The notes under the pieces: generated by a model
Seen by the model: only the letters and a program-made list of their open reading frames with translations
What the model was told of the DNA's origin: nothing
Databases searched by the model: none
Shown: positions 1 to 13,600 of the stretch, piece by piece
Layout: each line of letters opens with the position of its first letter
How positions within the stretch are numbered: position 1 is the stretch's first letter
From: Nemertoderma westbladi
Taxonomy: Eukaryota > Animalia > Xenacoelomorpha
Length of the DNA stretch: 36,842 nucleotides
Assembly: GCA_032718475.1 (NCBI GenBank)
Contig: JAUCBJ010008897.1
Span: 1-36,842, forward strand
Direction of reading: 5' to 3'
Translations under genes and position numbers: made by a program

Positions 1-540
1 AAACGAAAGTCAATAGATCAGGCCATAGTTTTTTTTTTCGGGAGTAATGCATGGGGAGGGATAGAGTTTAATTGCGTCGAAAGTCCCCCCCCCCCCCCCC
101 CCCCCCCCCTTATCTGCATATTTCTTTGAATGGTTTTCTGAATTCCCGGACTTTTTCGCAATTGGTAAAAATTGCAAACGAAAAGTGAAAACCTGGTATT
201 CTTCACATGGGCCACCCGGGGTACTACTGTGTCATCTGAATACAATTTTCGTCAGACAAAGCTTAGCAAAGTCCTCAGTCGAACTGTTGACCTCAAGGTT
301 GGAGAGGGTATACATAGAAATACTAACTGATATCACAAATTTACGTCATCATAGCCTCTCCATGTCAATAGGCCTACTAATCTTCTGCAGCCACTGTACT
401 TAACGCTAATCGTTCACCACTCGTTCATCCAAAATAAGCGACACCGTGCTGTTAATCCCACCACCCAGCCCCCATACACTACACTATATATAACAGATTA
501 CAATTCCCATTAATAAAAAAAACGATACTGTAACCGATTT

Positions 541-593
541 AGGGAAGGAGCAGGTTACAGAGACAGCTTTTTCAATCCAAAACAATAAACGAT
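541..593 (-). repeat. Inverted, diverged single copy of the 68-bp minisatellite unit found at 6229-6535
   Basis: Its reverse complement, atcgtttattgttttggattgaaaaagctgtctctgtaacctgctccttccct, aligns with the tandem unit atcgtttattgttttggttagaaaatcccgtctctgtaacctgctcctttccct. Confidence 0.75.
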
Positions 594-902
594 AAAATTG
601 ATATATATATATATATACATGAAGGGTGTGGGGGTAACAGGAATGGCGGGGGTGGGGGGGGGGGGGGGGGGGGTGGAAATTCTGTATGTGTAACACTACA
701 TAGGGGGGGTCCAGGAAACCCTATAAATAATTTAGAGTATCCCCTATACATTGAAACGTAAATAATGCAAAAGTTTATTATTTACAATTTCGATTGGTTT
801 CCTTTCTACATATATGTGATTAAATACAGTAAATTTAACTGCACCATAACAATTGTATTGTCTACTATACAATAAAACATTACATGTCTGAGATTTACTT
901 AC

Positions 903-1070
903 CTTTTCAGCAACTAATCCAATAATTAAACAAAATACGTCACTGAGCATATGAAATGAGTCTGCGACTAGTGCCATAGAGTTGGTCACGTGACCGACAA
1001 CAATCTCAATAACAAAATAACTTGCCGTCATTGTCAACATAATAGCCAACGAACAAACCCGTTTATTCAT
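903..1070 (-). CDS. First coding exon (56 codons) of a CDF-family zinc exporter, ZnT1/SLC30A1/10-like; the rest of the gene was not found in the window and presumably lies left of it
   Basis: The translation MNKRVCSLAIMLTMTASYFVIEIVVGHVTNSMALVADSFHMLSDV matches the N-terminal TM1-TM2 of ZnT1-type transporters, including the HxxxD zinc site in ADSFHMLSD. Similarity stops exactly at a phase-0 donor AAG|GTAAGT (902-897). A plausible upstream acceptor tttttcctag lies at 1095-1104. The expected next motif (TFGW..AEVLG) was not seen in 1-900. Confidence 0.88.
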
Positions 1071-2094
1071 AGTTAATTATTTTATATGTATTACCTAGGA
1101 AAAATTGCACTTCAATCGTACATAGGTGACAAAGTTATTGTTAGTTTGTTGTTGACAGCTGAAATTACGCCATATGATGTAGCAGAAGACTTATTGATAT
1201 GTATATTTGCGCAAAGAAAAACGAACATTTAAAGTATTAGGCCTACATTCTACAGTACGAAGAATAAATCTGACCACTAATAATACTATTATTGAAACAT
1301 TACGGGTCGTGTTATTCAGAAATTATTTATTTTCTGATTGTAAAATAAAAATGCCGATCTTATAGACGCAGATAATAAATAAAGCATTATACATATAGAA
1401 ATCTCAAACATGAAAATTATTTGTTTTATTACGAAATTACACATGTTGAAAATATTTAGTTTTGACATACCAAATGATAATTGATTAATATTAATATAAT
1501 TTGTTTATTTGTTTATTCTTGGATTCGCCGAAATATAGATTGAACTATAGAACAACCGATTACAGATAAACGTTTATTATCAAACATAGACTGGTGTCTA
1601 ATCTCAATTATTATGATAGATCCCAATGCCCACTCATATTTGAGACAAATTTAGATATTTTTCTGTTACCTTAGCGGCTAGCATTGAGCGAGCTATCATT
1701 ATTACAACCATTACTTGTGCTAATTACGGTATTATTTTAAACTTACATAAATTAAATATATCTACTTTAGATAAATTTAAATTGATATAATAAGACTGTC
1801 ATTAGCTTCATATGTGTCCATCATGTATGCCAGATGTACTTACGGTACTATAGATTATAATGACTTACTAATTCGATTTATTATATCTACAGTCTACTAT
1901 TACTACTAGTATTACTACTAACTACTAGGCCTACAATAATCGGCCAGCTGCATTGCAGTTGCACATCATGCGTCATGGGCAGTACACACTATGCTTATTA
2001 TTCTTTCCAATCCATGAGGCTGCCACAGCACAATATTGTGCACTGGTTGGTACTCGAGGGAAAGGAATGTCCTCCGTAGCGGAGGCAGCTCTGT

Positions 2095-3950
2095 TCAAGG
2101 GTCAAGCTTTAGGTGACCAGCGTGACATCTCCAAATTTGTATATTATCTGCGAGAGACTGAAAAACAAAACTACTGGCCTTAAAAAAACGCTCTGACTCG
2201 GCTAATATTAATCGTACGGGGACGAAATTAACGCGGTTGGAAAGGGGAAGAGTGGTACTACCTTCGTATCGAATGGGGGTAAGATATTTATTAATATTTC
2301 GGGTGGAAAAAGGGGCCGTAACTTTGTCCGTTTTTTCCATCTTTTTTACATAATTATTATTTCCAAAATTTTTAATTCGACAACGCTAGTAGGAATCTGC
2401 CAATTCTTTTTCGGAAAGCGTAGAAGACCACAGGGGCTACATTCCTATCGAATGGGGGTACAAAACATATGTAGGCAAAGGGGTCCAAAAAGGGCCAGAA
2501 AATAATAAAAAGTTTATAATTAACAACTTTTTTATTTTTGACTCTTGAAGGTTAAAGTACATTTTATACGGTTAATATCGATACGGGGAATCCAAATATT
2601 CGATTGGTTTTGCCGCGCAAACGATATTAAAAAAATTAGGGCCCAAATTATAATTTCACGCTTCAAACTCGCTTCGCGGGAACTCGTCTAGCTCGAAAAA
2701 TACATAAGGTCTGGGAGACTTATTTAAACATTCTTATAGAACGTCAAATTATCTATCTTTTAACGGTAGTTACAGCGCCATAGCTATTATATAACTGAAG
2801 CGGCAGACGATCGTGTGAAATATACTACTTATAAAAAAGGGACGAAAAAATATTTTTTTAATAAATCGCCATTACATTATAATTTAACTTTTTGCGCCAA
2901 AAGTTACTGTAAAATGTAGCAAATTAACTCCACTATCTTTATTCTTAACATTTATAATTAAAATAACGAGTTTTAAGGGTCGAAAAATATCGCGTAATTT
3001 TGGCCCTTTTTTTTCATTTTTTTTGGGGCCAAAAATACCCCCTCTCAAAAGATAGAAAAAAAAATTACGGCAAAGAATATACCAATTTTATTGAATTTGG
3101 AGCACCAGAACCGAAATTTAGTCAAAAATTAAAAATATTTTTTTTTGCAAAAAATTAAGAATGGTCATATTGGGTTTCGAACCCACGAACTTAAGTATCG
3201 TTAACGTGATTGATTACCACTAGACTACGTGACCAAGAGAATTCGAAATTTTCGAGTGATTATTTTTAAACATCAATAACTTCTGTTCTACTGGGCCGTT
3301 TGATCTGAAATTTTTTTCATTGGATAGAGGGTAGATTGTAGTGTGTGAAATAGGATACAACTTGGGAAAAGACGCATGTGCACTTAGTGCATAATGCACT
3401 TAAAAAGTACACATTTTTTCGATATTTCAAACACTATTATTTCCAGTTCCATTCATCGTAGAATGTTATTTTTTGGATTAAAATGTAATTTGGAGTGATT
3501 TCTAACTATAATCGTAACATTTGTTTAGCTTTTTATGTATATAAAGTGACTTAAAATGCCCATGAATATGGTCCAAAATCGCAAATGTCGCGATTTATTA
3601 AATTAGATTTTTTACACTTTTAGTGACTGACACTTGATCATACACCATCGTAGATCGGTAGAGGATAAACATAAGTTTGTTAAATAAGAACCACCATTAC
3701 GATCTGCTGAAGTGCACTTGTACAAATAAGAGTGCAAAAGTGCAAATTTTTTAATAAGTTCAAATTATATAGCATTGGGTTCTTTTCTTTGCAGATACTT
3801 TATTTTCATATTAATATGTTGTTTGGCTCATACTGAGCGCATTAGGGATAGGTGTAAAAATAACCGGTCCTTATGAGGCTTCGATTGGGTTAATAAATAA
3901 AACATAAGGTTGTAGTATTCTAAAAAACCAGTGTGATATTAAATGCACTT
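2095..3950. mobile_element. Possible non-autonomous interspersed repeat (DNA-transposon-like interior); boundaries uncertain
   Basis: Non-coding and relatively CpG-rich, with an internal diverged duplication (ctac..tatcgaatgggggta...aaaagg(g)gcc at about 2268-2317 and 2437-2496) and an embedded tRNA-like sequence. No TIR or TSD was identified. Confidence 0.3.
3162..3234 (-). pseudogene. tRNA-like sequence (tRNA pseudogene or SINE-head-like)
   Basis: The minus strand reads GGTCACG-TAGTCTAGTGG(A box)...GTGGG-TTCGAAA-CCCAA(B box/T arm)-TATGACC-A over 73 nt. The acceptor stem pairs at 6 of 7 positions counting G-U. The anticodon arm does not pair well, so no isotype is called. Confidence 0.65.
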
Positions 3951-4776
3951 TAAACAATAAATAGAGATCAAATAACAAATGGACTACACAATTAAAAACT
4001 CGCACAATTTTGTACTTATTATATCGCTTCAAATTAATTTAACAGTGGATATTTGGGGGAAGGGGGAAGTTACAGTGTGCATTCGGGGGAAGTTTGGTGA
4101 ACTGCATTTATGCAGTGAATCCAAACTTCCCCCTTTTAGATATCGTATACTTACATGCTCGGTTGTCAGGGAAATAATTGTTACTGTCACACTTTGCTTC
4201 CATTTATCCTATCCTTTATTATTACCCCAGTCAGATAAGAGATAATAATCAGTAAAAACCAAACTAAACTGTCTTTCATGCAAACAAATTTCTAATTAAA
4301 GACGGGTGAATGACCATGACCATGGAAATAATTTTAAATATAATCGTATATCAACTCTTTGGGGAGGCTTCCAAACCCAAAAACAATTATTTCGTTACAT
4401 ATAATATAGTAAATAACGTTGTATGTTCTTCTTCCTCTCATAATAAAATATAAATGAAATATCTCAGATCGCTATGCCCTGAACATTTCACAACCAAAAT
4501 GTTTCAGTGTGAAAAGTGTAGGCCTACCACACCCCGCCCAAACAGCCGCAAACGCATAGCCAACAAATTTATCAAAAGTTTACATACATGTTGTGTTCAT
4601 GACGAGATGAGTGAAAATTGATCGCGTAATATAAACTAAAAAATTGAGAGTCGGGCTGGCTCTTCTCCACTTTCTTACCCAATGGAAATGTTGTTGTTAT
4701 AATCTAATATTGGGGCGGCTTTCTCTCGTTGACTAACGACTATAAAATTATCGAGAAATTTTAATTTTACGTACGT

Positions 4777-5416
4777 ATGGTAAAGACATTAGCAGGTGTT
4801 AGATATCAAACTCTTACCGACATACTGATCGAATTAGGGCTACCAACCATTCTAGAACGTATAATTAAATGTAGGAAGCAATTTTATATGAAAATACTTC
4901 ATAGCGATCCCGATACACCGATTAATCAGGGGTTCCAACTTTGCAAATCGGCAAATAGCCCGGGTTATAATTTGTTGTACAAAGCCTCGTTCAATTTATT
5001 CACTAGCAGTATAATAAAATCCCGTGTTATAAACAAACCAGAATCCGCGACAAAGTTTTTTACATACCGTTCTGTTTTAAACAGCGACTTGTCTGTACGC
5101 CCGATATACAAATCTGCCAAACCGTATATTCCGGAATATCACCCCGCTGCTTTTACCCCGAGTCAGATTAATGAGTCATAGACTGCGTATAGAAACCGGC
5201 CGGTGGTCCAGGATACCACGATTGGACAGAACTTGTATCTGTGACAACACCTCTGTACAAAATGAGTTGCACGTTTTATGTGTGTGCCCACTCTCCAAAG
5301 ATTTACGTTTAAAATACCAGACTCTCTATTTTGCCGGGCGCTTGAATACTCTTTTTAAAGGTGACTTTCATACCCTCTGTGCATATATTTACGAATTACT
5401 AGAATTGTTTAAATGA
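4777..5416 (+). mobile_element. 5'-truncated non-LTR retrotransposon (LINE) remnant: post-RT C-terminus, frameshifted near 5170
   Basis: Two overlapping ORFs. The second reads SHRLRIETGRW...CIC...NELHVLCVCP, the typical C-terminal Cys/His region of LINE ORF2 proteins. Confidence 0.8.
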
Positions 5417-5547
5417 TTTGATTAATATTATTTTGATATTATTTTGATTTTCTACGTTTTCCTGTAACATACTGGATATTGAATTTGTGATATTTAATTT
5501 GTGACATAATTCGAAATAATCGGAAATATATAGCTCTCCAGGCGCTA

Positions 5548-5672
5548 CCTAACTAACTATCTATGGCGAGCAAGGTGGTATATATTATAATAAACCTTTG
5601 TTGTATGCCTAACTAACTAACTATGGCGAGCAAGGTGGTATATATTATAATAAGCCTTTGTTGTATGCCTAA
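5548..5672. repeat. 60-bp tandem duplication (2 copies)
   Basis: cctaactaactaNctatggcgagcaaggtggtatatattataataaNcctttgttgtatg occurs at 5548 and 5608 with 2 mismatches. Confidence 0.9.
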
Positions 5673-6228
5673 GTAATGGGATTGTATGGCAGACCTAAAA
5701 ATGAAAGTTTTTATTATACATTACCGGTTGTATTCTCTCTACTAAAAACCGCAATAATTTTTATTGTCCGTTTAAATCCTTTTTTTGTCCTTTTTTTTTA
5801 TTTTTTATGTCCTCCAAAAGTCTAATGTTAGGTTCCATGCTACCGGTTTCTCTACTGCTGTTCTCTCAGGCTATCAGTACCGGTATTAGTATATATAGCA
5901 CTATTTTGCTGTATTGTAATTGTATGTACAGATGTAGGTATAAAGCAGGTATTTCTGTATTTTAGTACCGGTACAGGCACCGGTACTGCTATAGGCCTAC
6001 TGTGTAGCCTACCATTTAAATACGGTAATGGTAGGCCTACCGGTTGTGCTAATAAATTTTAAATAATTGATAGGCCAAACTGGATTGCAGGATTGTGGAA
6101 AATGTGGATATACCTTTCACATAATTTAGGCCTATTACTGTATTAGTTTTGTAATCAATAATGGATCATGACTACTGTCTGAGTAGTGTTACGGATAGCG
6201 GCACCACTACTTCCAACAGCACAGAAGG

Positions 6229-6535
6229 CCCGCCTCTGTAACCTGCCTCTTTCCCTCAATTAGTTAAATGATTGTTTATTGTTTTGGTTAGATAATCCCG
6301 CCTCTGTAACCTGCTCCTTTCCCTCAATAAGTTAAGTGATCGTTTAGTGTTTTGGTTAGAAAATCCCGCCTCTGTAACCTGCTCCTTTCCCTCAATTAGT
6401 TAAGTGATCGTTTATTGTTTTGGTTAGAAAATCCCGTCTCTGTAACCTGCTCCTTTCCCTGATTTGGTAAAGTGACTGTTTATTGTTTTGGTTAGAAAAC
6501 TCGGCCTTAACCTGCTCCTTTCCATCAACTGGTAA
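6229..6535. repeat. 68-bp minisatellite, about 4.5 copies
   Basis: Units starting cccgcctctgtaacctgc begin at 6229, 6297, 6365 and 6433, with a degenerate unit at about 6500. Confidence 0.9.
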
Positions 6536-6716
6536 TTGTTTTTGCCTATAAAATGAGTGTTTTGCTACGTCATGTAGTAATCGATTATTGACAACAACCA
6601 CAAACTATTAAATATAGAGTCTTGTTACCACAGGCGCATATGGAAATCTATCTCATGGTCTATAAATCATGGAATCATGGAATGTTTTGGCACAGGCATA
6701 GTGAAATCAACTGTCT

Positions 6717-7468
6717 TGTACAATCCAATGATGTACATATTGTTTAAACATAAGCAAAATTTATTTCCCGGATAAATCACATTGAAAACTCGATTATTTA
6801 CTTTCTTGGAACATTACTGCATTATAATATTAAAAACTCTCAGCTTATTTAAATCCTTCCAATTCGTTCCGTTCGATTCGGTTCTCTACAAATACAAACA
6901 AATACAAATTTATTTACATATTAAACTTCCAATAAAACCAGTATATATATATAGGGCTATTTAAGTACTTAGGACATCATTAATACTATAGGCATTAAAA
7001 TATGGTGGGAGCGGTAGACCGATGCACAATACATAAATATATATATCACTTGCCCAATACCGTAAGTACAGTGTAACCCTAGAAATAAGCAATATAAATT
7101 GACTCACCGATATGTGCTCTCTTCCGGGTAAATAATATCATATACAATCAATCAAAATATCAAATCATACTGCAACAGTGCAGACAATAATTTATAATAA
7201 TACGAGTAGCAAACACTGCAACAGTGCAGTCAATTAATAATAAGGCAAAAATAATAATTACTGATGCCACATACCGTTCACCGGCAGACCGGTACAGCAC
7301 TACAACGTCCAGCCAAACAACAACCGGTACTTAAACATACTGACACTCTCAGTGAATGTTACAGCTTACTGCATACCGGTACTGGCATTCACTGAAGCAA
7401 AGCGGATTCAACAATCTGTTCTATGTAACCTTTTACCGGTAACTGGGGATTGCACACTGGCGCTTACA
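6717..7468 (-). repeat. 3' LTR of the BEL/Pao element
   Basis: Matches 13975-14726 at offset 7258, with no difference seen by eye. It is preceded on the minus strand by a short G-rich PPT-like tract GCAGGGGCTG. Confidence 0.95.
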
Positions 7469-7608
7469 CAGCCCCTGCAAATGGGCTTCCCCAAAAGCAC
7501 ATTTAAATATAAAGCGCCTATTTACATAGTAAAATTATTACTTTCAGTTTCAATCGAAACAAAAATAATAATCAATCCAATAAGATCCAAACTCAAATTA
7601 AGCTTAAA

Positions 7609-10600
7609 TTAAGTGTTTTCTAATAAGCACAATTTAGTAATAGGACGAGTCATTAATTTTCCACCACATCTGAGTTCTACAGACCGAACATTACCATCCC
7701 TTCCTGGAAATATCTTTGTTACCAAACCTAGAGGCCATGTTCCTCTTGATGTTTTTTGATCTAATACCAAAACAAGGGCTCCTTGTTTAACGTTCTCTTG
7801 CACAGTATTCCACTTTTGACGTATCTGGAGTTGGGGGAGATATTCACGCTTAAACCTTCTCCAGAACTCATCAGCCATGTATTGAATGTGTCTCCACCTT
7901 CTCTTTGCTCTGTTTGAATAACAATCATCTTTGTCAAATATGCCAGGAGACAATGCATGTGATGATTTCACCATGATCAAGTCATTAGGAGATATAGGTT
8001 TAACATCATTTGGATCATCACTATTCACTGTGAGAGGACGACCATTGACAATGTATTCAGCCTCCGTCATAAAGGTTAATAATGCTTCATCAGTTAAAAT
8101 ACATCCTCTAGTTATCGTTTGAAGGATACGGCGGACTGAGCGGATCATCCGCTCCCAAACGCCACCCCAATGGCTGGCGAGTGGCGTATTAAATTTCCAT
8201 TCAATTCCTTCTTGAGTCAAAAATTTTCCAATTGTTGATTTATTCCATTGCTCAATAGATTTCCGCAGTTCGATATCAGCAGCCGTAAAATTCGACCCAT
8301 TATCACTACGTATGAGTTTAACTTTGCCTCTTCGGCATATAAATCTTCTTAGCGCACATATGAATGATGAAGTATCAAGTGAATGTGCAACTTCTAAATG
8401 AATGCCCCTACTAACCATGTCAGTAAATATGCAACCATATCGCTTATGCATACTACGACCCACTCGAACTAAAAATGGACCAAAATAATCCACACCTACG
8501 AAGGTAAAAGGTGCATAATCAGTCAATAAACGATCAATTGGCAAATCTGCCATTAGTTGTGAGATAGCTCGAGAATTTAATTTCTTGCATTCAACGCATT
8601 GCCTTATTACTTTACGAACAATAGATCTAGCACCAATTATCCAGTATGATTCTCTGATCAATGATAGTACATAATCTTGACCACAGTGTCTAGATATTTC
8701 ATGATAATGGCGGATCATTAAGTAAGCAACATGACAATGCTTTGCTATAATGAGAGGGTGCTGTGTATTGTATGGAATCTTAGCATTGTGCAATCGTCCT
8801 CCAACTCGCAATAAACCATTACTATCAATAAATGGAGTGAGCTTCAGTAAAGAACTTGTTGGGGCAATAGTACCACGAGCAATTAAAGATGACAGCTCCT
8901 GTTTAAAATGCTTAGTCTGTATATATCGAATGATATCAATTGATGCATCATGGAGTTCTCCCACTGTTATGTTTCCACAACCAATGTTAACCTTTATCAG
9001 ATACAACCTGTATCGATTCCACCATGCTATACCATTTACCAAAGAATTCCACGACGAATAATGTGCTATTATAACATCCAGGGGCTCATCAATCTGTACT
9101 ATGCTGTATATTTGAGCTTTCTTTATCTCAGGATCATTATCAAAATCAAATTTATCTAAAACAATATTATTTGGCCAGTCATATTGGGCTTTCCACAAAT
9201 AGCCTGGGCCACGTAGCCATATAGATGGCTTTTTGTCATCTATGCAAACACCTCTAGATACCTCATCAGCTGGATTATCTACAGTATTAACATAATGCCA
9301 CTGTTCAACATTAGAACCTTCATGAATCATTGATAGTCGATTTGCAACAAAAACATTAAAACGGCTGGTTCGATTACGAATATAACCTAATACTGCTGTT
9401 GAATCAGTCCAGCAATATATCTCGTCTATGGAGATGTCTAACTCATGAATTATAGTAGAATTAATTTTTACAGAAAGGCAAGCTGCATTCAATTCAAGTC
9501 TATGTATATGTTGGTACTTTATTGGTGCGAGGCGACCTCTTCCCATGATCAATGCACAATGAATGTAACCTTTCTCATCTTCAAGTCGAATATATGAAGC
9601 AGTACCAAATCCCTTTTCTGAAGCATCTGAAAAATGATGCAATTGTGTCTTTACGATAGTACCCAACTTTGCAGCCTTTATCCAACGAGGAACTGTAATA
9701 TTATGCAAGCTTGATAAGCTATTCAACCACTTCAACCAATGTTTCACATGTAAATCTGGCACTGGAGCATCCCAATCCAATTGCTCCCTAGTAAGATTCT
9801 GTATAATTATTTTACCTGGCATTACAAATGGGGCCAGGAAACCTAAAGGATCATAAATCGATGATATAATTGAGAGAAATCCCCTTCTTGTATTTGGTTT
9901 GTCCTTCTTAACAAACTCAAATATGAACATGTCTGATTGAATATCCCATTTGATACCTAATGTTCTCTCTACAGGAAATTTTTCAAAATCAAGATTCAAG
10001 ACTTTAGGTGACTTATATTCTTCATTAATAGCATGTAACACTTCTGTATTATTGCTCACCCATTTTACAATCTTGAAACCACATGTATCAAGTAAATCAA
10101 TTATTTCATGGACCAGCTTTATTGCCTCAGCAACTGATGTGACTGATCTCAATAAATCATCAACATAAAAATGTTTCAATACAGTTTGAATTGTCTTATC
10201 ATCATACTTACCTGTATTATCAATCGCAGATCGGCGAAGCCCATAAATACTACAAAATGCTGACGATATGCAACCAAATATATGACGCAACATTCTGTAT
10301 ATACACGGCTTCTCTTCTAAATTTCCATTCGGCCACCAAAGAAATCTTAATGCATCACAATCATCCTTGGCAACATATACTTGATGATACATTGCTTCAA
10401 TATCAGCCATTAAGGCGATTTCATCCTGCCTGAACCTTAGCAATACTCCAATAAGTGATGATGTAAGATTTGGACCTTGATATATATAATCATTAAGAGA
10501 TTTACCTCCAAATTTGGCAGAGCAGTCAAAAACTACCCTCACCTTATCAGGCTTATTCACATTAATAACTGGATGATGAGGTAAATACCAAACACGGCCC

Positions 10601-13600
10601 TTTGTCATCATCAACTCACTATCAGGCACCTTTTCAGCATAGTTATTATTTACATAACTTTCTATAGTCTCTACATATTTTTTGTATAACTCATTGTCTT
10701 TCAATAACCTATTTCTGAGATACCTCAATCTCGACTCAGCAACAATATAATTATTTGGCATTGTTGGAAGCCCACTCTTCCAGGGAAGTGGTAATTGGTA
10801 ATGACCATCCTCTCTCCTTATTATATTATTATTCAGTATTTCAATCGCACATTTATCGTCAATGGATAAATCTAAATTGTCCCTTTTTTCCATGCATGTT
10901 TTGTCGACACCTGCTGTCTCCAATAACCAGAATTGTTGAAGCTGTTTCTCCAATGTTACATCAGTATTCAAAAAATTTACTGACATCTCATTCATTAGTT
11001 TATTATTTCTTCTTCCCATAGGACCAAATATCACCCAACCAAGATTATATTTAACTGCATATGGATCACCAGGATCTCCTTTCCTATCATCTAAAATCCA
11101 AAAAACCTCTGGTTTATCCACTCCAATCAATATTGAAACTTCTGATACATCTACATTTGCTACATCGATGTCCTTCAAGTGAGGCCATTTCTCAACATCA
11201 ACCTTTTGTGGTATGCTGTGATGTGATATAGGAAGGTTATCAACTGTCCAAACTTCTGGTAATGTAATTTTATATGATTCAGAATAATGACTTAGCTCCA
11301 ATTGAACAATATTGCCTTTATGAAGGAAATCACCAGATGCACTTGACATCATAAATTCTTCTTCAACACCATGAGCATTTCCTACCCGTTCTGATAAGCT
11401 CTTAGTGCATAAACACGTGTCTGATCCTCCATCTATAAGAGCATATGCAATAAATGGATCTCCAATATTAGTATGCACTCGAACGGCCACAATAGGTAAT
11501 CTAACACATTTTCTAGTAGTAGTGGTATTAACATGTGCCACTCTACTACTATTCTGTGAATTATCGACTTTGGTTGAAACATTTGCCTTTAACTTTGATA
11601 AATCCTCATTTGTCGAGGAAACTTCTGACTCAAGTTTCGAAACTGCAGATACTGGTGTACCATTTGCTGATCTATGTAATAATGTATGATGCCTTCCACC
11701 GCATCCACCAACTTTGCAAAACCACTTTGATGTACAAAACCTTGATATATGTCCCCTACGAAAACATATACGACAAAGTCTAAGTTCATCAAGAAATTCT
11801 ATCTTTTCTTCCCAATTCAATGCTTCAAATGTTTCACATTGAAATAAATAATGATCAACAGATTTACAATACCAGCATTTCGCAGCTTGATTTGAATAAC
11901 CCCGTGTAATACTTGCAGTTGTTGAAGCTTTATTTGATGCAACATTTATTGCCATAGAGACACCCTTTTTTCCACTATATTGCTTTGAATGAGTTTGCCT
12001 AACAGTGTTAACAACATTGCTGGATTTCTCATTCATAATTTTCCCAAACACGGGATCAGTTGCAGCCATTGCAAATTCCATTATGAATGTTGAAAGATGT
12101 TGGATGTTAATGTCAACATGGTTTGCTCTATATAATGCAACTTTACCTAACCATTTACCTCTAACAAAATAAGGTAGCCTTTCTGCAATACTACTTAAGT
12201 TATCACCACTATTTATATCACTCAAGAACCCCATAGATTCAAGGGTGAGTTTACATGTAGCTATATCATCGGCAAATTTCAAAAGTGCCTGAGCATCATT
12301 ACCCTTTATCACAGGACCCTTTGTAAGAGCATCTATATGTGTTTTAGCTATTATATATGGTTGTCCAAATCGCTTTGCTAACAATTCGCGAGCAGTTTTA
12401 TATCCAACATTTACATTAAGGATTATGCAATCCTTTATTACACGATATGCATCTTTAGTACAAAATTGTAGTAAATAAGTAAGACGTTCAGTGTCTGAAT
12501 CTACTTTCTTTGCGATACCTTCTTCAAAACACCTTATAAATCTCCAATAATCTGCAGGGTTGCCATCAAAATACTTAATTTCTGACTTTGGCATCGACAT
12601 TGTTGCTGATAGCTTTTTGCAAGTTTGTTCTAGTGCATCACTAACATTATGTGTATTATCTACTACTCTTTCATAACCTGACTCCTCATTTCTATTTCTA
12701 ATATATCCTGGATGGATTTCTGGCGTAGAATGAATATGCATTGTAGTTGCTCTGTCATCACCAATTTTTGTACTATATTCATTATTTTTCCAAACATTGG
12801 CATTAGCATTCAAATTGAATTTTACTCCATTTTCTTGTGAATTTATTGCTCTTTCGATATTTAATGGATCATCATATAAACATTTATCCTCTTTCACTTC
12901 ACACTTGAAATCAATTTTATTTTCATTATCTGAAAGCTCTTGATCAAATTGGTACTCATTAAAAACCTTCATGGATGCATTTGCTTTTTCTATTTTTGTT
13001 TCTATACTTAATATTCTTTCCATATTGATTATTTCATTTCGTTTCATTTCTGGCGCTTGTTGCCTCTTTATTTGCATAAGCTCTACCTCAGCAACTGCCT
13101 TTTCTGCTTTAGATATTGCTGAAAGTTCACTTATAGAGACGAATGAGTGTCTAGATGACTTTTTTGATGTGCAACTTGTATGCCTTGATGAATTACTACC
13201 TTTTGCAACAATATTACCCTTTTGTAATGTTTTAGTAGCTACATTCATGCTTGCTAAACTAGCATGAGCTGGGTCTACATGAGCTGGGGTTGCAGAGTCA
13301 CTAAACCATGAATCAAATTGCTTAGTGAGCTGTATGTAAACGTCTTCTTGAAGATCCCAATATTTGACTACATCATCAATTTTGTGACTTGTTCCAACAA
13401 CAAAGTTAGCATATGTCTGATGAGCAGTCGCAAATTTCGTAAATGCAACCTTTATTTCTGCATAGACTTCAATTAATCTTGCATCATTATCATGTGACTG
13501 CATGTAATCAGATGCAATATTATACAACTTAGTGAGATTAGACTTGTAACCTGCACGAATATTTTTTAATTGAGTAGCCTTGGTATTATATTCCCTTGTA

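Noticed and set aside
84-673. Poly-C (84-109) and poly-G (about 647-673) as terminal inverted repeats
   Set aside because: Adjacent sequence is not complementary; these are simple homopolymer runs.
744-902. C-terminal half of the 108-aa ORF as coding
   Set aside because: It is read-through into the intron after the GTAAGT donor, and similarity to ZnT ends there.
6782-6964. Duplicated 60-aa ORF (also 14040-14222)
   Set aside because: It lies within the two LTRs on the antisense strand, starts at TTG and shows no coding features.
7761-13267. Small overlapping or antisense ORFs inside the Gag-Pol, LINE and exonuclease ORFs
   Set aside because: These are shadow ORFs of long coding regions with no recognisable motifs.
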